From Thermococcus kodakarensis KOD1 (GTDB lineage: Archaea; Methanobacteriota_B; Thermococci; Thermococcales; Thermococcaceae): a stretch of 32,000 bases of DNA. Below, piece by piece: positions 1-6,869 of the stretch. The stretch spans positions 1,860,001 to 1,892,000 of the forward strand of contig NC_006624.1 in the NCBI RefSeq assembly GCF_000009965.1, written 5' to 3'. Positions within the stretch are counted from its first letter, which is position 1. The number at the start of each line of letters is the position of its first letter. Below the pieces are notes generated by a model that saw only the letters and a list, made by a program, of their open reading frames with translations, did no database searches and was not told where the DNA came from. The translations under genes were made by a program, and so were the position numbers.

Positions 1-129
1 CAGGTTCTCAAAGAGCTCCTTCTTGTGGGCCAGATACCAAGCCCTAGCTTCGACTTCTTTCCGGAACTCCTCGGCGTACTTCTTCGGGACTTTAACATGA
101 ATCACAACATCAACAAGCTCCTCGACCAT
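1..129 (-). CDS. hypothetical protein, N-terminal part only (gene runs off the left edge)
   Basis: ATG at 129-127 on the minus strand is preceded by GGTGAGGG (139-132). The frame MVEELVDVVIHVKVPKKYAEEFRKEVEARAWYLAHKKELFENL stays open to the window edge. It is absent from the ORF track because it has no stop codon in the window. No family recognised. Confidence 0.45.
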   Translation of the reverse strand, partial: MVEELVDVVIHVKVPKKYAEEFRKEVEARAWYLAHKKELFENL

Positions 130-157
130 GCCCTCACCACTGGAAAATAGGCTTGAA

Positions 158-170
158 AACTTAAAAAAGT
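158..170 (-). terminator. oligo-T tract just after the hydA stop; possible archaeal terminator or TATA box for the next gene
   Basis: A6 at 163-168 reads as T6 on the minus strand, about 10 nt downstream of the hydA stop codon (180-178). Archaeal intrinsic termination uses oligo-T runs. The same A/T box lies about 26 nt upstream of the region around the next gene's SD box and start codon. Confidence 0.3.
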
Positions 171-177
171 TGGGAGG

Positions 178-1464
178 CTAAAGCCTCGCCACGTGCACTG
201 AACAGGAGATGCACGGGTCGTAGGCCCTTACAACCATCTCAGCGAGGAGCTTGAGCTTCTCCGGATCGTCGTTGTAGTGCTTCTCCGCCATCATCCTCAC
301 GTGCTGCTCCATCATGGCGAGGTTGAATGCCGTTGGGGTTATTATGTCTGCGTAGCTAACCCTTCCGTTCTCGACCTTGAGCGCGTAAACGAGCACTCCA
401 CGCGGGGCTTCGGTAGTTGAGACACCGAAGCCGTCCTTCAAAGCTACCTCGTCCCTCGGCCTTATCGGCCACTTCGCGAGGGCCTCGTCAATCAGGTCTA
501 TCGCCCTCTCCGTGAAGTAGACGAGCTCAAGCGCCTGCGCGAGGTTGTTGGCGAACGGATTGGTGGATCTCAAAAGGTCTTTATAGCTCTCGTAGAGCTC
601 CTTAGCCCTTCCGTAGAGTGTATCGGCGTTGTTCACGAGGCGCGAAATGGCACCAACCATGAAGGGCTTTCCGTGGTAGTGGCTGTGCTTGGCGAAGCTG
701 TGCTCAACGACGAACTCCTTTATGTGCTCCCTGTACTCCTCGCTCGGGAACTCATTTCCGTCCGAGGCCTTGAGGTAGTCGCCGTAGATGCCGTAAACTC
801 CGTTCCTCGGCTTGACCGCTATGTGGGTGATCGGCCCCTCGACTTCCTCGTACTGCTCAAGCTTCGTGAAGAGCTCGAAGGTGTACTCCGCCTTCGGAAG
901 GGCTTCCTTAAGGCGTCTCTTCATATTCTCAAGGACGCTCTTGTCCGGGAGCTTTCCGAAGCCGCCCAAAACTGCGTTCTCCTGGTGGATGGCTCTGCTT
1001 CCGAGTTCGTCCATCATCCAGCTCCCGAGGTTCTTTAGGTCGAGAGCTATGCTCATCTCTTTCTTGTACTCGTCTATCATATGGAGCGGCCCGGAGTAGC
1101 CCAGATAATCGGGCAGGACGAGGAGATACAGATGGAGTGCGTGGCTCTCTATCATGTCTCCTATGTAGAGGACTTCCCTGAGGGCCTGGATTTCCTCGCG
1201 CGGGGTGAAGCCTATCGCCTTCTCAGCGGCCTCAACGGCGGTGAGTTTGTGGGCCGCCGAACAGAAAGAGCATATTCTTGGGTAAATCGCTAAAGCTTCG
1301 TCGAGCTTCTTGCCGAGGGTTATGGCCTCGAAAAACCTCGGTCCTTCGATGATGTTAAGCTTGACCTCCTTCACGCCATCGTCGCCGACAACGATCTCAA
1401 CGCCGCCCTTGCCCTCGACCCTCGCTATGTGGTCAACGGTGATCGGGAGATAAACGTTCTTCAT
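178..1464 (-). CDS. hydA: cytosolic [NiFe] hydrogenase (sulfhydrogenase) large/alpha subunit
   Basis: 428 aa. N-terminal Ni-binding motif [10 protein letters not shown] and C-terminal DPCISCSVH followed by a short VARL tail, as expected for endopeptidase processing. ATGA start/stop overlap with the upstream delta subunit. The hydBGDA order is typical of Pyrococcus/Thermococcus sulfhydrogenase. Confidence 0.95.
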   Translation of the reverse strand: MKNVYLPITVDHIARVEGKGGVEIVVGDDGVKEVKLNIIEGPRFFEAITLGKKLDEALAIYPRICSFCSAAHKLTAVEAAEKAIGFTPREEIQALREVLYIGDMIESHALHLYLLVLPDYLGYSGPLHMIDEYKKEMSIALDLKNLGSWMMDELGSRAIHQENAVLGGFGKLPDKSVLENMKRRLKEALPKAEYTFELFTKLEQYEEVEGPITHIAVKPRNGVYGIYGDYLKASDGNEFPSEEYREHIKEFVVEHSFAKHSHYHGKPFMVGAISRLVNNADTLYGRAKELYESYKDLLRSTNPFANNLAQALELVYFTERAIDLIDEALAKWPIRPRDEVALKDGFGVSTTEAPRGVLVYALKVENGRVSYADIITPTAFNLAMMEQHVRMMAEKHYNDDPEKLKLLAEMVVRAYDPCISCSVHVARL

Positions 1465-2255
1465 TCTTTCACCTCCTGGAATATCTTGTTTACCATCTCC
1501 TCGAGCTTCGGGTTGTGGGCGTTGAACATCCTCATCCTCTCAAGGATCTCCTCCTTGGTCAGCCCCTTCTCCCTGAAGACCCTCGCCAGGGAGTCGAACC
1601 AGGCAACGTCGTAGCCTATCGCCCCCCGACAACCAATGCACGCTATTCCATAGGCAGGGCATCTCGCGTCGCAGCCAGCCCTCGTTACCGGGCCGAGGCA
1701 GGGCTCGCCCCTCTCAAGGAGCACACAAGTGTTGCCCCTGAGCCTGCACTCCAAACAGACTGGATAGTCAATGTCTTCAGGCCACGAACCTATGAGGAGC
1801 GTTCCGAGGGTGTAGAGGAAGTCCCTCTTCTCCGGCGGGCAGCCGTAGATGTTGTAGTCAACCTTGATGTAGTTGGAGATCGGCTCTGCCATCTTTGGCT
1901 GGAACTTGACCTTGGCGTCTCCATAGACGGTCTTCCAAAGCTCCTCCAGCGGTTTGTCCTTCTCCCAGCTCTGAACGCCGCCCTGGACGGCGCAGGAGCC
2001 GACTGCAACCACTATCTTGGCATTCTCGCGGATTTTCTTGACGAGCTCGGCCTCTTCCTCCGTTGAGACGCTCCCCTCGATGAAGGCTATATCAACGGGC
2101 TCGTCCTCGTAGGAGTCCCTCTCCAGCATGAACCAGCAGGCTATCTCGACGTTCGGAATGAGCTGGAGTATCTCGTCCATCATCGCGAACTGGAGCTGGC
2201 AGCCGTAGCATGAGGTCAGAGCGTAAAACCCAATCCTTATCTTCTTCTCGCTCAT
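1461..2255 (-). CDS. hydD: sulfhydrogenase small/delta subunit (Fe-S)
   Basis: N-terminal [15 protein letters not shown] motif (small-subunit proximal cluster) and a C-terminal Cys-rich region [11 protein letters not shown]...[15 protein letters not shown]...CIGCRG. The ORF track starts at 2264 (GTG). I prefer ATG at 2255 ([11 protein letters not shown]) because GAGGTGA sits 5 nt upstream. Confidence 0.88.
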   Translation of the reverse strand: MSEKKIRIGFYALTSCYGCQLQFAMMDEILQLIPNVEIACWFMLERDSYEDEPVDIAFIEGSVSTEEEAELVKKIRENAKIVVAVGSCAVQGGVQSWEKDKPLEELWKTVYGDAKVKFQPKMAEPISNYIKVDYNIYGCPPEKRDFLYTLGTLLIGSWPEDIDYPVCLECRLRGNTCVLLERGEPCLGPVTRAGCDARCPAYGIACIGCRGAIGYDVAWFDSLARVFREKGLTKEEILERMRMFNAHNPKLEEMVNKIFQEVKE

Positions 2256-2265
2256 CTTCATCACC

Positions 2266-3150
2266 TCAGTCGAGCAAGCCCGGTGTTGATATTATGTCGA
2301 AGTAACCGAAGACAGGCCCGTCTTTGCAGACGTACTTCCAGCTCGTGCTCGTTCCGACGTTGCAGTGGCCGCACTTGCCAATTCCGCACTTCATTTTCCT
2401 CTCGAGGGTCACGTAGATGTTCTCGGGCCGGTAGCCGTAGTTGATGAGGGCCTCGAAAACGGCCTTGTACATCCTCGGTGGGCCGCAGATGGCCACGGCA
2501 GTCTTCTTCGGGTTCGTGTTCGCCTCGGGAATGAAGTTCTGGGGTCTTCCGTGTAAGCCTGGCCAGTCAGGGTCTCTCGTAACGCTCTGGATTATCTTGA
2601 CGTTCTCCGCCTCAGCCAAGTCCTTCATGGCCTCAAGCTCCTTGTAGAAGAGGAGATCCTTACCATACCTCGCCGTGTTGATGAAGGTTATGTTGCCGTA
2701 CTTCCAGCGGTTGTCCATGGCATACAAGAAGACGCTCCTGAGCGGTGCAGTCCCGAGACCCGCGGCTATGAGGAGGAGGTCCATTCCCTCCCACTCGTCA
2801 ACCGGGAAGCCGTTTCCGTAGGGGCCGCGGACGAGGACGGTGTCTCCAGGCTTGAGGCGGTGGACGACCGTTGTGACTCTCCCAGCCTTCCTGATGCACA
2901 GCTCGAAGAAGCCGCGCCTCATCGCTGAGGAGCAGATGCTTATCGGGACTTCACCGACTCCGGGGATGGTGAGCTGGACGAACTGCCCCGGCCTGAACGT
3001 CCACTTTTCTGCAAGCTCAGCATCCTCAAACCTGAACAGGAACAGCTTTTCCTTCTCAGTGAGCGGGTAGACTCTGAGCACCTTGGCCCTGTGAAGAGCG
3101 TATGGGTTATCGTTCGGCATCATTATCTCCTTTGGAAGAACCATGCTCAT
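2266..3150 (-). CDS. hydG: sulfhydrogenase gamma subunit (FAD/NAD(P)-binding, [2Fe-2S])
   Basis: 294 aa. Ferredoxin-NADP reductase/PyrK-like fold signals ([22 protein letters not shown]) and a C-terminal CGIGKCGHC...C cluster motif. ATGA overlap with hydB. Confidence 0.9.
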   Translation of the reverse strand: MSMVLPKEIMMPNDNPYALHRAKVLRVYPLTEKEKLFLFRFEDAELAEKWTFRPGQFVQLTIPGVGEVPISICSSAMRRGFFELCIRKAGRVTTVVHRLKPGDTVLVRGPYGNGFPVDEWEGMDLLLIAAGLGTAPLRSVFLYAMDNRWKYGNITFINTARYGKDLLFYKELEAMKDLAEAENVKIIQSVTRDPDWPGLHGRPQNFIPEANTNPKKTAVAICGPPRMYKAVFEALINYGYRPENIYVTLERKMKCGIGKCGHCNVGTSTSWKYVCKDGPVFGYFDIISTPGLLD

Positions 3151-4250
3151 AGCCCATCACCCCTTATGTGGGAGGCGTAGGCGAAGCCCCTCTTCGGAAT
3201 CTCCTCGGTTATCTCGCTTGGACAGGATTTCTCTTCGAGGCCGAGAATAGTCCTCAGGTTCCTCACGAAGCTTATACCTGCAGGGCAGAAGTAGGTGCAC
3301 CTTCCACAGCCGACGCAGTAGCTCAGGCCGAGCTTCTCGTTGTAGGAGTTCTTACAGAGGTAGCGGTTCCTGAAGCGGTCTTTCTTCGTCGGCCTGAAGT
3401 TGTGGCCACCCGCCACAAGCCCGTGGCTCCTGAACTGGCAGGAGTCCCAGCGCCTCTCGCGGTAGCCGGTGTTCCCGTCGAGGTTCACTATGTCCTGCAC
3501 CTCGTAGCAGCGGCATGTCGGGCAGGTGGTATTGCAGATTCCGCAGGCGAGGCAGAGGTCGGCCTGTTCTTCCCACATCGGGTGCTCCATCTCGAGCTCG
3601 AGGAGGTAGCGCAGGTTGCTCCAGTCCTCGTGGTACTTGAACGCTTGAGAGCGCTTGTTCTCAAACTCCCTGAAGTTGCAGATGTCCTCGGTGGTTACCT
3701 CCTCGAAGAGCTCCATGTTCTTGTCCACTATCCTGTGGCCCGTCGGTGAGCCGACTCTGACGAGCCATCCATCGGGAAGCTCGTGGAGGAAGAGGTCAAA
3801 GCCGTCATCGGCAAAATCTGTCTCCCTCAGGTTGCAGAAGCAGTATTCATCTGGCATGCAGCTTATCCCGATGATTATTCCCTTTTCCCTTCTCGCCTTG
3901 TAGTACTTGTCTGGGAGCTCGTCGAGGTAGACCGTATCGAGGATTTTGAGGCCGTGGATGTCGCAGGCGTGAAGGCCGAAGATCACAAAGGGTTCAACGT
4001 CCTCGATGGTTTCCCTGTACTCCGGCCTGCTCAGGTCGAACTCGAAGAGCTTCTCCCTCGGGAGGAAGAAGAACTTCTTCGGCGGCATTATCGTCCTGTT
4101 GTAATTGAACTCGACCTTTCTGACGTCGTCTATCTCTCTGAAGTCGTAGAACTTCTCCGAGATCTTCACGGGAGCGTAGAGCTTACCCCACTCCTTCAGG
4201 CGCTCAAGGAATGTGTACGTGTTTTCCTTCGGGAGCTTAACGTATCTCAA
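3147..4250 (-). CDS. hydB: sulfhydrogenase beta subunit (Fe-S, sulfite-reductase-like)
   Basis: Cys motifs [16 protein letters not shown] and [14 protein letters not shown]. The track starts at TTG 4265. I prefer TTG 4250 ([10 protein letters not shown]), which has GGGGGTGGTAAGG immediately upstream and gives 367 aa, the length I recall for P. furiosus HydB. The start is uncertain by 5 codons. Confidence 0.88.
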   Translation of the reverse strand: MRYVKLPKENTYTFLERLKEWGKLYAPVKISEKFYDFREIDDVRKVEFNYNRTIMPPKKFFFLPREKLFEFDLSRPEYRETIEDVEPFVIFGLHACDIHGLKILDTVYLDELPDKYYKARREKGIIIGISCMPDEYCFCNLRETDFADDGFDLFLHELPDGWLVRVGSPTGHRIVDKNMELFEEVTTEDICNFREFENKRSQAFKYHEDWSNLRYLLELEMEHPMWEEQADLCLACGICNTTCPTCRCYEVQDIVNLDGNTGYRERRWDSCQFRSHGLVAGGHNFRPTKKDRFRNRYLCKNSYNEKLGLSYCVGCGRCTYFCPAGISFVRNLRTILGLEEKSCPSEITEEIPKRGFAYASHIRGDGL

Positions 4251-4263
4251 CCTTACCACCCCC

Positions 4264-4301
4264 AATGAACATAAACATACATGCGTCCAATTATGTTCAT
4301 T
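4264..4301. repeat. perfect 11-bp inverted repeat AATGAACATAA-N16-TTATGTTCATT in the hydB leader
   Basis: Read directly: 4264-4274 is the exact reverse complement of 4291-4301. It lies between the predicted hydB TATA box (about 4321-4330) and the hydB SD box and start codon. Confidence 0.8.
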
Positions 4302-4320
4302 TATTGAGAGTAAGAGACAG

Positions 4321-4343
4321 CCTTAAAAAGCGTTTTTAAACCC
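4321..4343 (-). promoter_or_regulatory. BRE/TATA-like core promoter for hydBGDA
   Basis: The minus strand reads GGGTTTAAAAACGCTTTTTAAGG: an A-rich BRE-like stretch followed by a T/A box. The position predicts a TSS near 4300. It is nearly identical to the box at 4543-4565 on the other strand. Confidence 0.55.
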
Positions 4344-4515
4344 AGAAATTCAAAACCAAAAGTTTAAACTCTTTTGTTTGATTAAAATCTCTTAGGTCAA
4401 CAAAAAAGTTAAACTCATCGTGGATTCTTTGTGGAGCGATAATGAACAACACTGAGTTTTGGGGTTCAATTTTGGTTGTTTGTGGATTTGGAACCTTCAA
4501 TACTTAAATAGGGCG

Positions 4516-4532
4516 GTATTGAACTTTTGGTT
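4516..4532. promoter_or_regulatory. SurR-like site with one mismatch to the extended consensus
   Basis: GTAttgAACttttgGTT compared with the published SurR consensus GTTn3AACn5GTT; the third base is A instead of T. It lies about 25-40 bp upstream of the plus-strand TATA box. Confidence 0.35.
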
Positions 4533-4542
4533 TGAAAATAAC

Positions 4543-4565
4543 CGTTTGAAAAACGCTTTTATGGG
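4543..4565 (+). promoter_or_regulatory. BRE/TATA-like core promoter for the ferredoxin / GltD-like / polyferredoxin operon
   Basis: CGTTTGAAAAACGCTTTTATGGG. It shares the 12-mer AAAAACGCTTTT (4549-4560) with the reverse complement of 4326-4337. Confidence 0.5.
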
Positions 4566-4635
4566 CATTCTTTCAAAAAATACTGGGAACTTAAAGAAGA
4601 TGTAAGCCCATTCAGCGGGCTCGCAGGTGATATCT

Positions 4636-5013
4636 GTGCTGAAAGCGGAACTCTGTATTGGGTGCGGGGCGTGTGCAGGTGCCTGTCCTTATTCGGCTAT
4701 TTTGGTTTTTGAGAATGAAGTTAGGAGAATACTTTTTGAGCCCGCGAAATGCGGAGACTGTGCCTTTGAATGCAACGAAGTTTGCCCCACTGGAGCACTG
4801 GAGGGGAGACCTGAGAGTATGGAGCTGGCCTTGGAGTTTGCCCGCTGTGCTGTCTGCGGAAAACGTCTCAACAGCACCAAGAAAGAAGCCGATTATCTCG
4901 CAAACCGGCTTCTAAAAACTGGAGGAAACCCTGAACTCGCCTTTCTGTGTAATGAATGCAAGAGAAAGAGGCTGTTTAGGGCGTCGAATAAGTACGAAGC
5001 TTACACGGGGTGA
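4636..5013 (+). CDS. 2x[4Fe-4S] ferredoxin-domain protein with a C-terminal CxxC...CxxC module
   Basis: Motifs CIGCGACAGACP and CGDCAFECNEVCP, then CAVCGKRL...CNECKRKR. The track starts at GTG 4627. I prefer GTG 4636 because AGGTGA (4625-4630) sits 5 nt upstream. Paralog of 9593-10087. Confidence 0.72.
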   Translation: MLKAELCIGCGACAGACPYSAILVFENEVRRILFEPAKCGDCAFECNEVCPTGALEGRPESMELALEFARCAVCGKRLNSTKKEADYLANRLLKTGGNPELAFLCNECKRKRLFRASNKYEAYTG

Positions 5014-5019
5014 TTAGGG

Positions 5020-6075
5020 ATGGAAGGGATTAGATTTGCGTTTCTATGTAGGGAAAAACCCGAGCCAACCGGAAAGAAGGTGGCCGTCATCGGGGCGGGA
5101 CCCGCCGGTCTGGCAGCCACAGGGTACCTCGTCTGCCAGGGACACGAGGTTCATGTTTACGACAAGCTGCCTGAACCCGGAGGTCTAATGCTGTTTGGAA
5201 TACCCGAGTTTAGGATTCCTATCTACAGGGTTAGAGAGGGCTACAAAGAGCTTGAGAAGGTCTACAACGTCAAGTTCTTCACGAGAACGAAGGTATGCTT
5301 CGGTAATCCCAAGGAGAGCGGCGATGAGTTCGTTGAGCGCAGAATAGAGTTCGAGGAGATCCTAAAGAACTACGATGCCGTTCTGATAGCCACAGGCACT
5401 TGGAACGCCTACGTTCCAACGATACCAGGTTCAGACCTTGAGGGGGTCTACCCGGCGCTTGAGTACCTGTTCAGGATCAAGAGCGCCAAGCTGGGCCATA
5501 TGGACTGGAGTGAAGTGCCCCCTGTTGAGGGGAGAAAAGTCCTCGTGGTAGGCGCGGGACACAGCGCCGTTGACGCGGCTCTTGAAAGCATAAACCTGGG
5601 GGCGGAGAAGGTCTACATGAGCTACCGCAGAACGATAAGGGAGGCCCCCGCGGGGGCTTACGAGATCAACCTCCTCCAGCAGAGAGGGGTTAAGTGGCTG
5701 GAGAGGACAATGCCTGTCAGGATAATAGGTGAAAACGGAAGGGTTAGAGCTGTTGAACTCGTCAAAACGGAGCTGAGCGAGCCGGACGAAACCGGGAGAA
5801 GAAGACCAATCCCGATTGAGGGCTCCAACTTCCAGATCGAGGTTGATTACATGGTCTGCGCAGTTGGCCAGATGCCAACCCCACCGTTTTCCAAGGAGAT
5901 GGGCATAGCGCTTGACAGGAAGGGAAGGATCGTCGTGGATAGCAGGCACATGACCAGCAGGGAGGGCGTCTTCGCTGCGGGAGACGTTGTTCTGGGGCCA
6001 TCAAAAGTTGGAAGGGCTGTCAAGGACGGCCTGTATGCAGCCGAGTCCATACACCTGTGGCTGATGGGGAGGTGA
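5020..6075 (+). CDS. glutamate synthase small-subunit (GltD)-like FAD/NAD(P)H oxidoreductase lacking the N-terminal Fe-S domain
   Basis: 351 aa. Two Rossmann motifs, VAVIGAGPAGLAA and VLVVGAGHSAVDAA, plus the C-terminal VFAAGD flavin motif. There are no Cys clusters at the N-terminus, unlike the roughly 470-aa GltD/SudA/NfnB proteins. GGGGTGA lies 6 nt upstream of the ATG. Confidence 0.85.
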   Translation: MEGIRFAFLCREKPEPTGKKVAVIGAGPAGLAATGYLVCQGHEVHVYDKLPEPGGLMLFGIPEFRIPIYRVREGYKELEKVYNVKFFTRTKVCFGNPKESGDEFVERRIEFEEILKNYDAVLIATGTWNAYVPTIPGSDLEGVYPALEYLFRIKSAKLGHMDWSEVPPVEGRKVLVVGAGHSAVDAALESINLGAEKVYMSYRRTIREAPAGAYEINLLQQRGVKWLERTMPVRIIGENGRVRAVELVKTELSEPDETGRRRPIPIEGSNFQIEVDYMVCAVGQMPTPPFSKEMGIALDRKGRIVVDSRHMTSREGVFAAGDVVLGPSKVGRAVKDGLYAAESIHLWLMGR

Positions 6076-6080
6076 GGGAA

Positions 6081-6587
6081 ATGACGAGGAGGATACTCCA
6101 CGTTGATTACAGCCTTTGCATTGGTTGTGAGACGTGCGAAGGAGTCTGCGACTTTATTCACGGCGGCAGACCCAACATAAAGGTCTATTACACCATTACA
6201 GGGATCCCCGTTCCCATAAACTGTCGTCACTGTGAGAAAGCCCCATGTATGGACGTCTGTCCTGCGGGGGCGATCTACCGCGACAGCGATGGGGCCGTTA
6301 TAATAAACCCCAATAAGTGCATAGGCTGTCTGATGTGCCTCGCCGCCTGTCCTTTCGGAGTTCCCACTTTTGATGTCAAGCTCAAGGCAGTTACTAAGTG
6401 CGACATGTGTGCTGATAGAAGAAGGCTTGGAACGGCCCCAGCGTGTGCCGAAATGTGTCCGGCAGGGGCCATATTCTTCGGAAAGCCCGAGGAAGTCGAG
6501 GAAAAAGTTAGGAGAAGAACCGCCGAAAAGATAGCACGGGAGCGGCTGGCGGCGGTTAACTTGGAGGGAGTCGGACGGATGCTCTGA
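6081..6587 (+). CDS. HycB/FdhB-like multi-[4Fe-4S] electron-transfer subunit
   Basis: Motifs CIGCETCEGVC, CRHCEKAPCMDVCPAGA, CIGCLMCLAACPFG and CDMC...CAEMCPAGA. The track starts at GTG 6057, inside the previous gene. I prefer ATG 6081, preceded by GGGAGGTGAGGG. Paralog of 9008-9508. Confidence 0.85.
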   Translation: MTRRILHVDYSLCIGCETCEGVCDFIHGGRPNIKVYYTITGIPVPINCRHCEKAPCMDVCPAGAIYRDSDGAVIINPNKCIGCLMCLAACPFGVPTFDVKLKAVTKCDMCADRRRLGTAPACAEMCPAGAIFFGKPEEVEEKVRRRTAEKIARERLAAVNLEGVGRML

Positions 6588-6600
6588 CGCCGCTTGATGC

Positions 6601-6618
6601 TTTGACCTTTATTTTTCC
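6601..6618 (+). terminator. T-rich putative terminator after the first plus-strand operon
   Basis: TTTGACCTTTATTTTTCC begins 14 nt after the stop codon. Oligo-T is the archaeal termination signal. It is followed by a 250-bp non-coding gap that contains a new promoter. Confidence 0.4.
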
Positions 6619-6736
6619 TGCTTGGAACGGAGGTTCGGAAGTATCTTAAACTCTTTTGTTAGCCACAGTGCTTCTGAGAATACGAAAGGTGTTAACATAG
6701 CCTTATTACTCAATACCTCGACTATCATAACCTTTT

Positions 6737-6745
6737 GTTAAAAAC
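6737..6745. promoter_or_regulatory. SurR core motif GTTn3AAC upstream of the fdhA promoter
   Basis: GTTaaaAAC is an exact match to the core palindrome. The n5GTT extension is absent (GAT instead). It sits directly upstream of the A/T boxes at 6749-6772. Confidence 0.4.
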
Positions 6746-6748
6746 CAA

Positions 6749-6772
6749 GCGATTTAAAAACGGTTTTAAGCC
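6749..6772 (+). promoter_or_regulatory. BRE/TATA-like promoter for fdhA-focA
   Basis: GCGATTTAAAAACGGTTTTAAGCC. The segment AAAAACGGTTTTAAGCCAGAAG resembles the mbh box GAAAAGCGTTTTAAGCAGAATG. It predicts a leader of about 75 nt. Confidence 0.45.
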
Positions 6773-6869
6773 AGAAGCGGGAGTTCTGTGTGGGGATAAA
6801 AAAGTACAGTGTTGAATATTAGTGCTGTAATGACGCATGATGTACAGTGCGATGATGGAGGTGTTGAGA

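Noticed and set aside
4321-4565. MITE-like element: a unit of about 245 bp flanked by 20-bp inverted repeats
   Set aside because: The terminal repeats read as BRE/TATA boxes correctly placed for the two divergent operons. I see no flanking target-site duplication and no second copy in the window. It cannot be excluded without a whole-genome repeat search.
6837-6869. 5' extension of fdhA (MMYSAMMEVLR...)
   Set aside because: The SD box GGAGGTG (6857-6863) lies inside the extension and is correctly spaced for ATG 6870. MDEKLVPVVCPYCGVGC is the typical FDH N-terminus.
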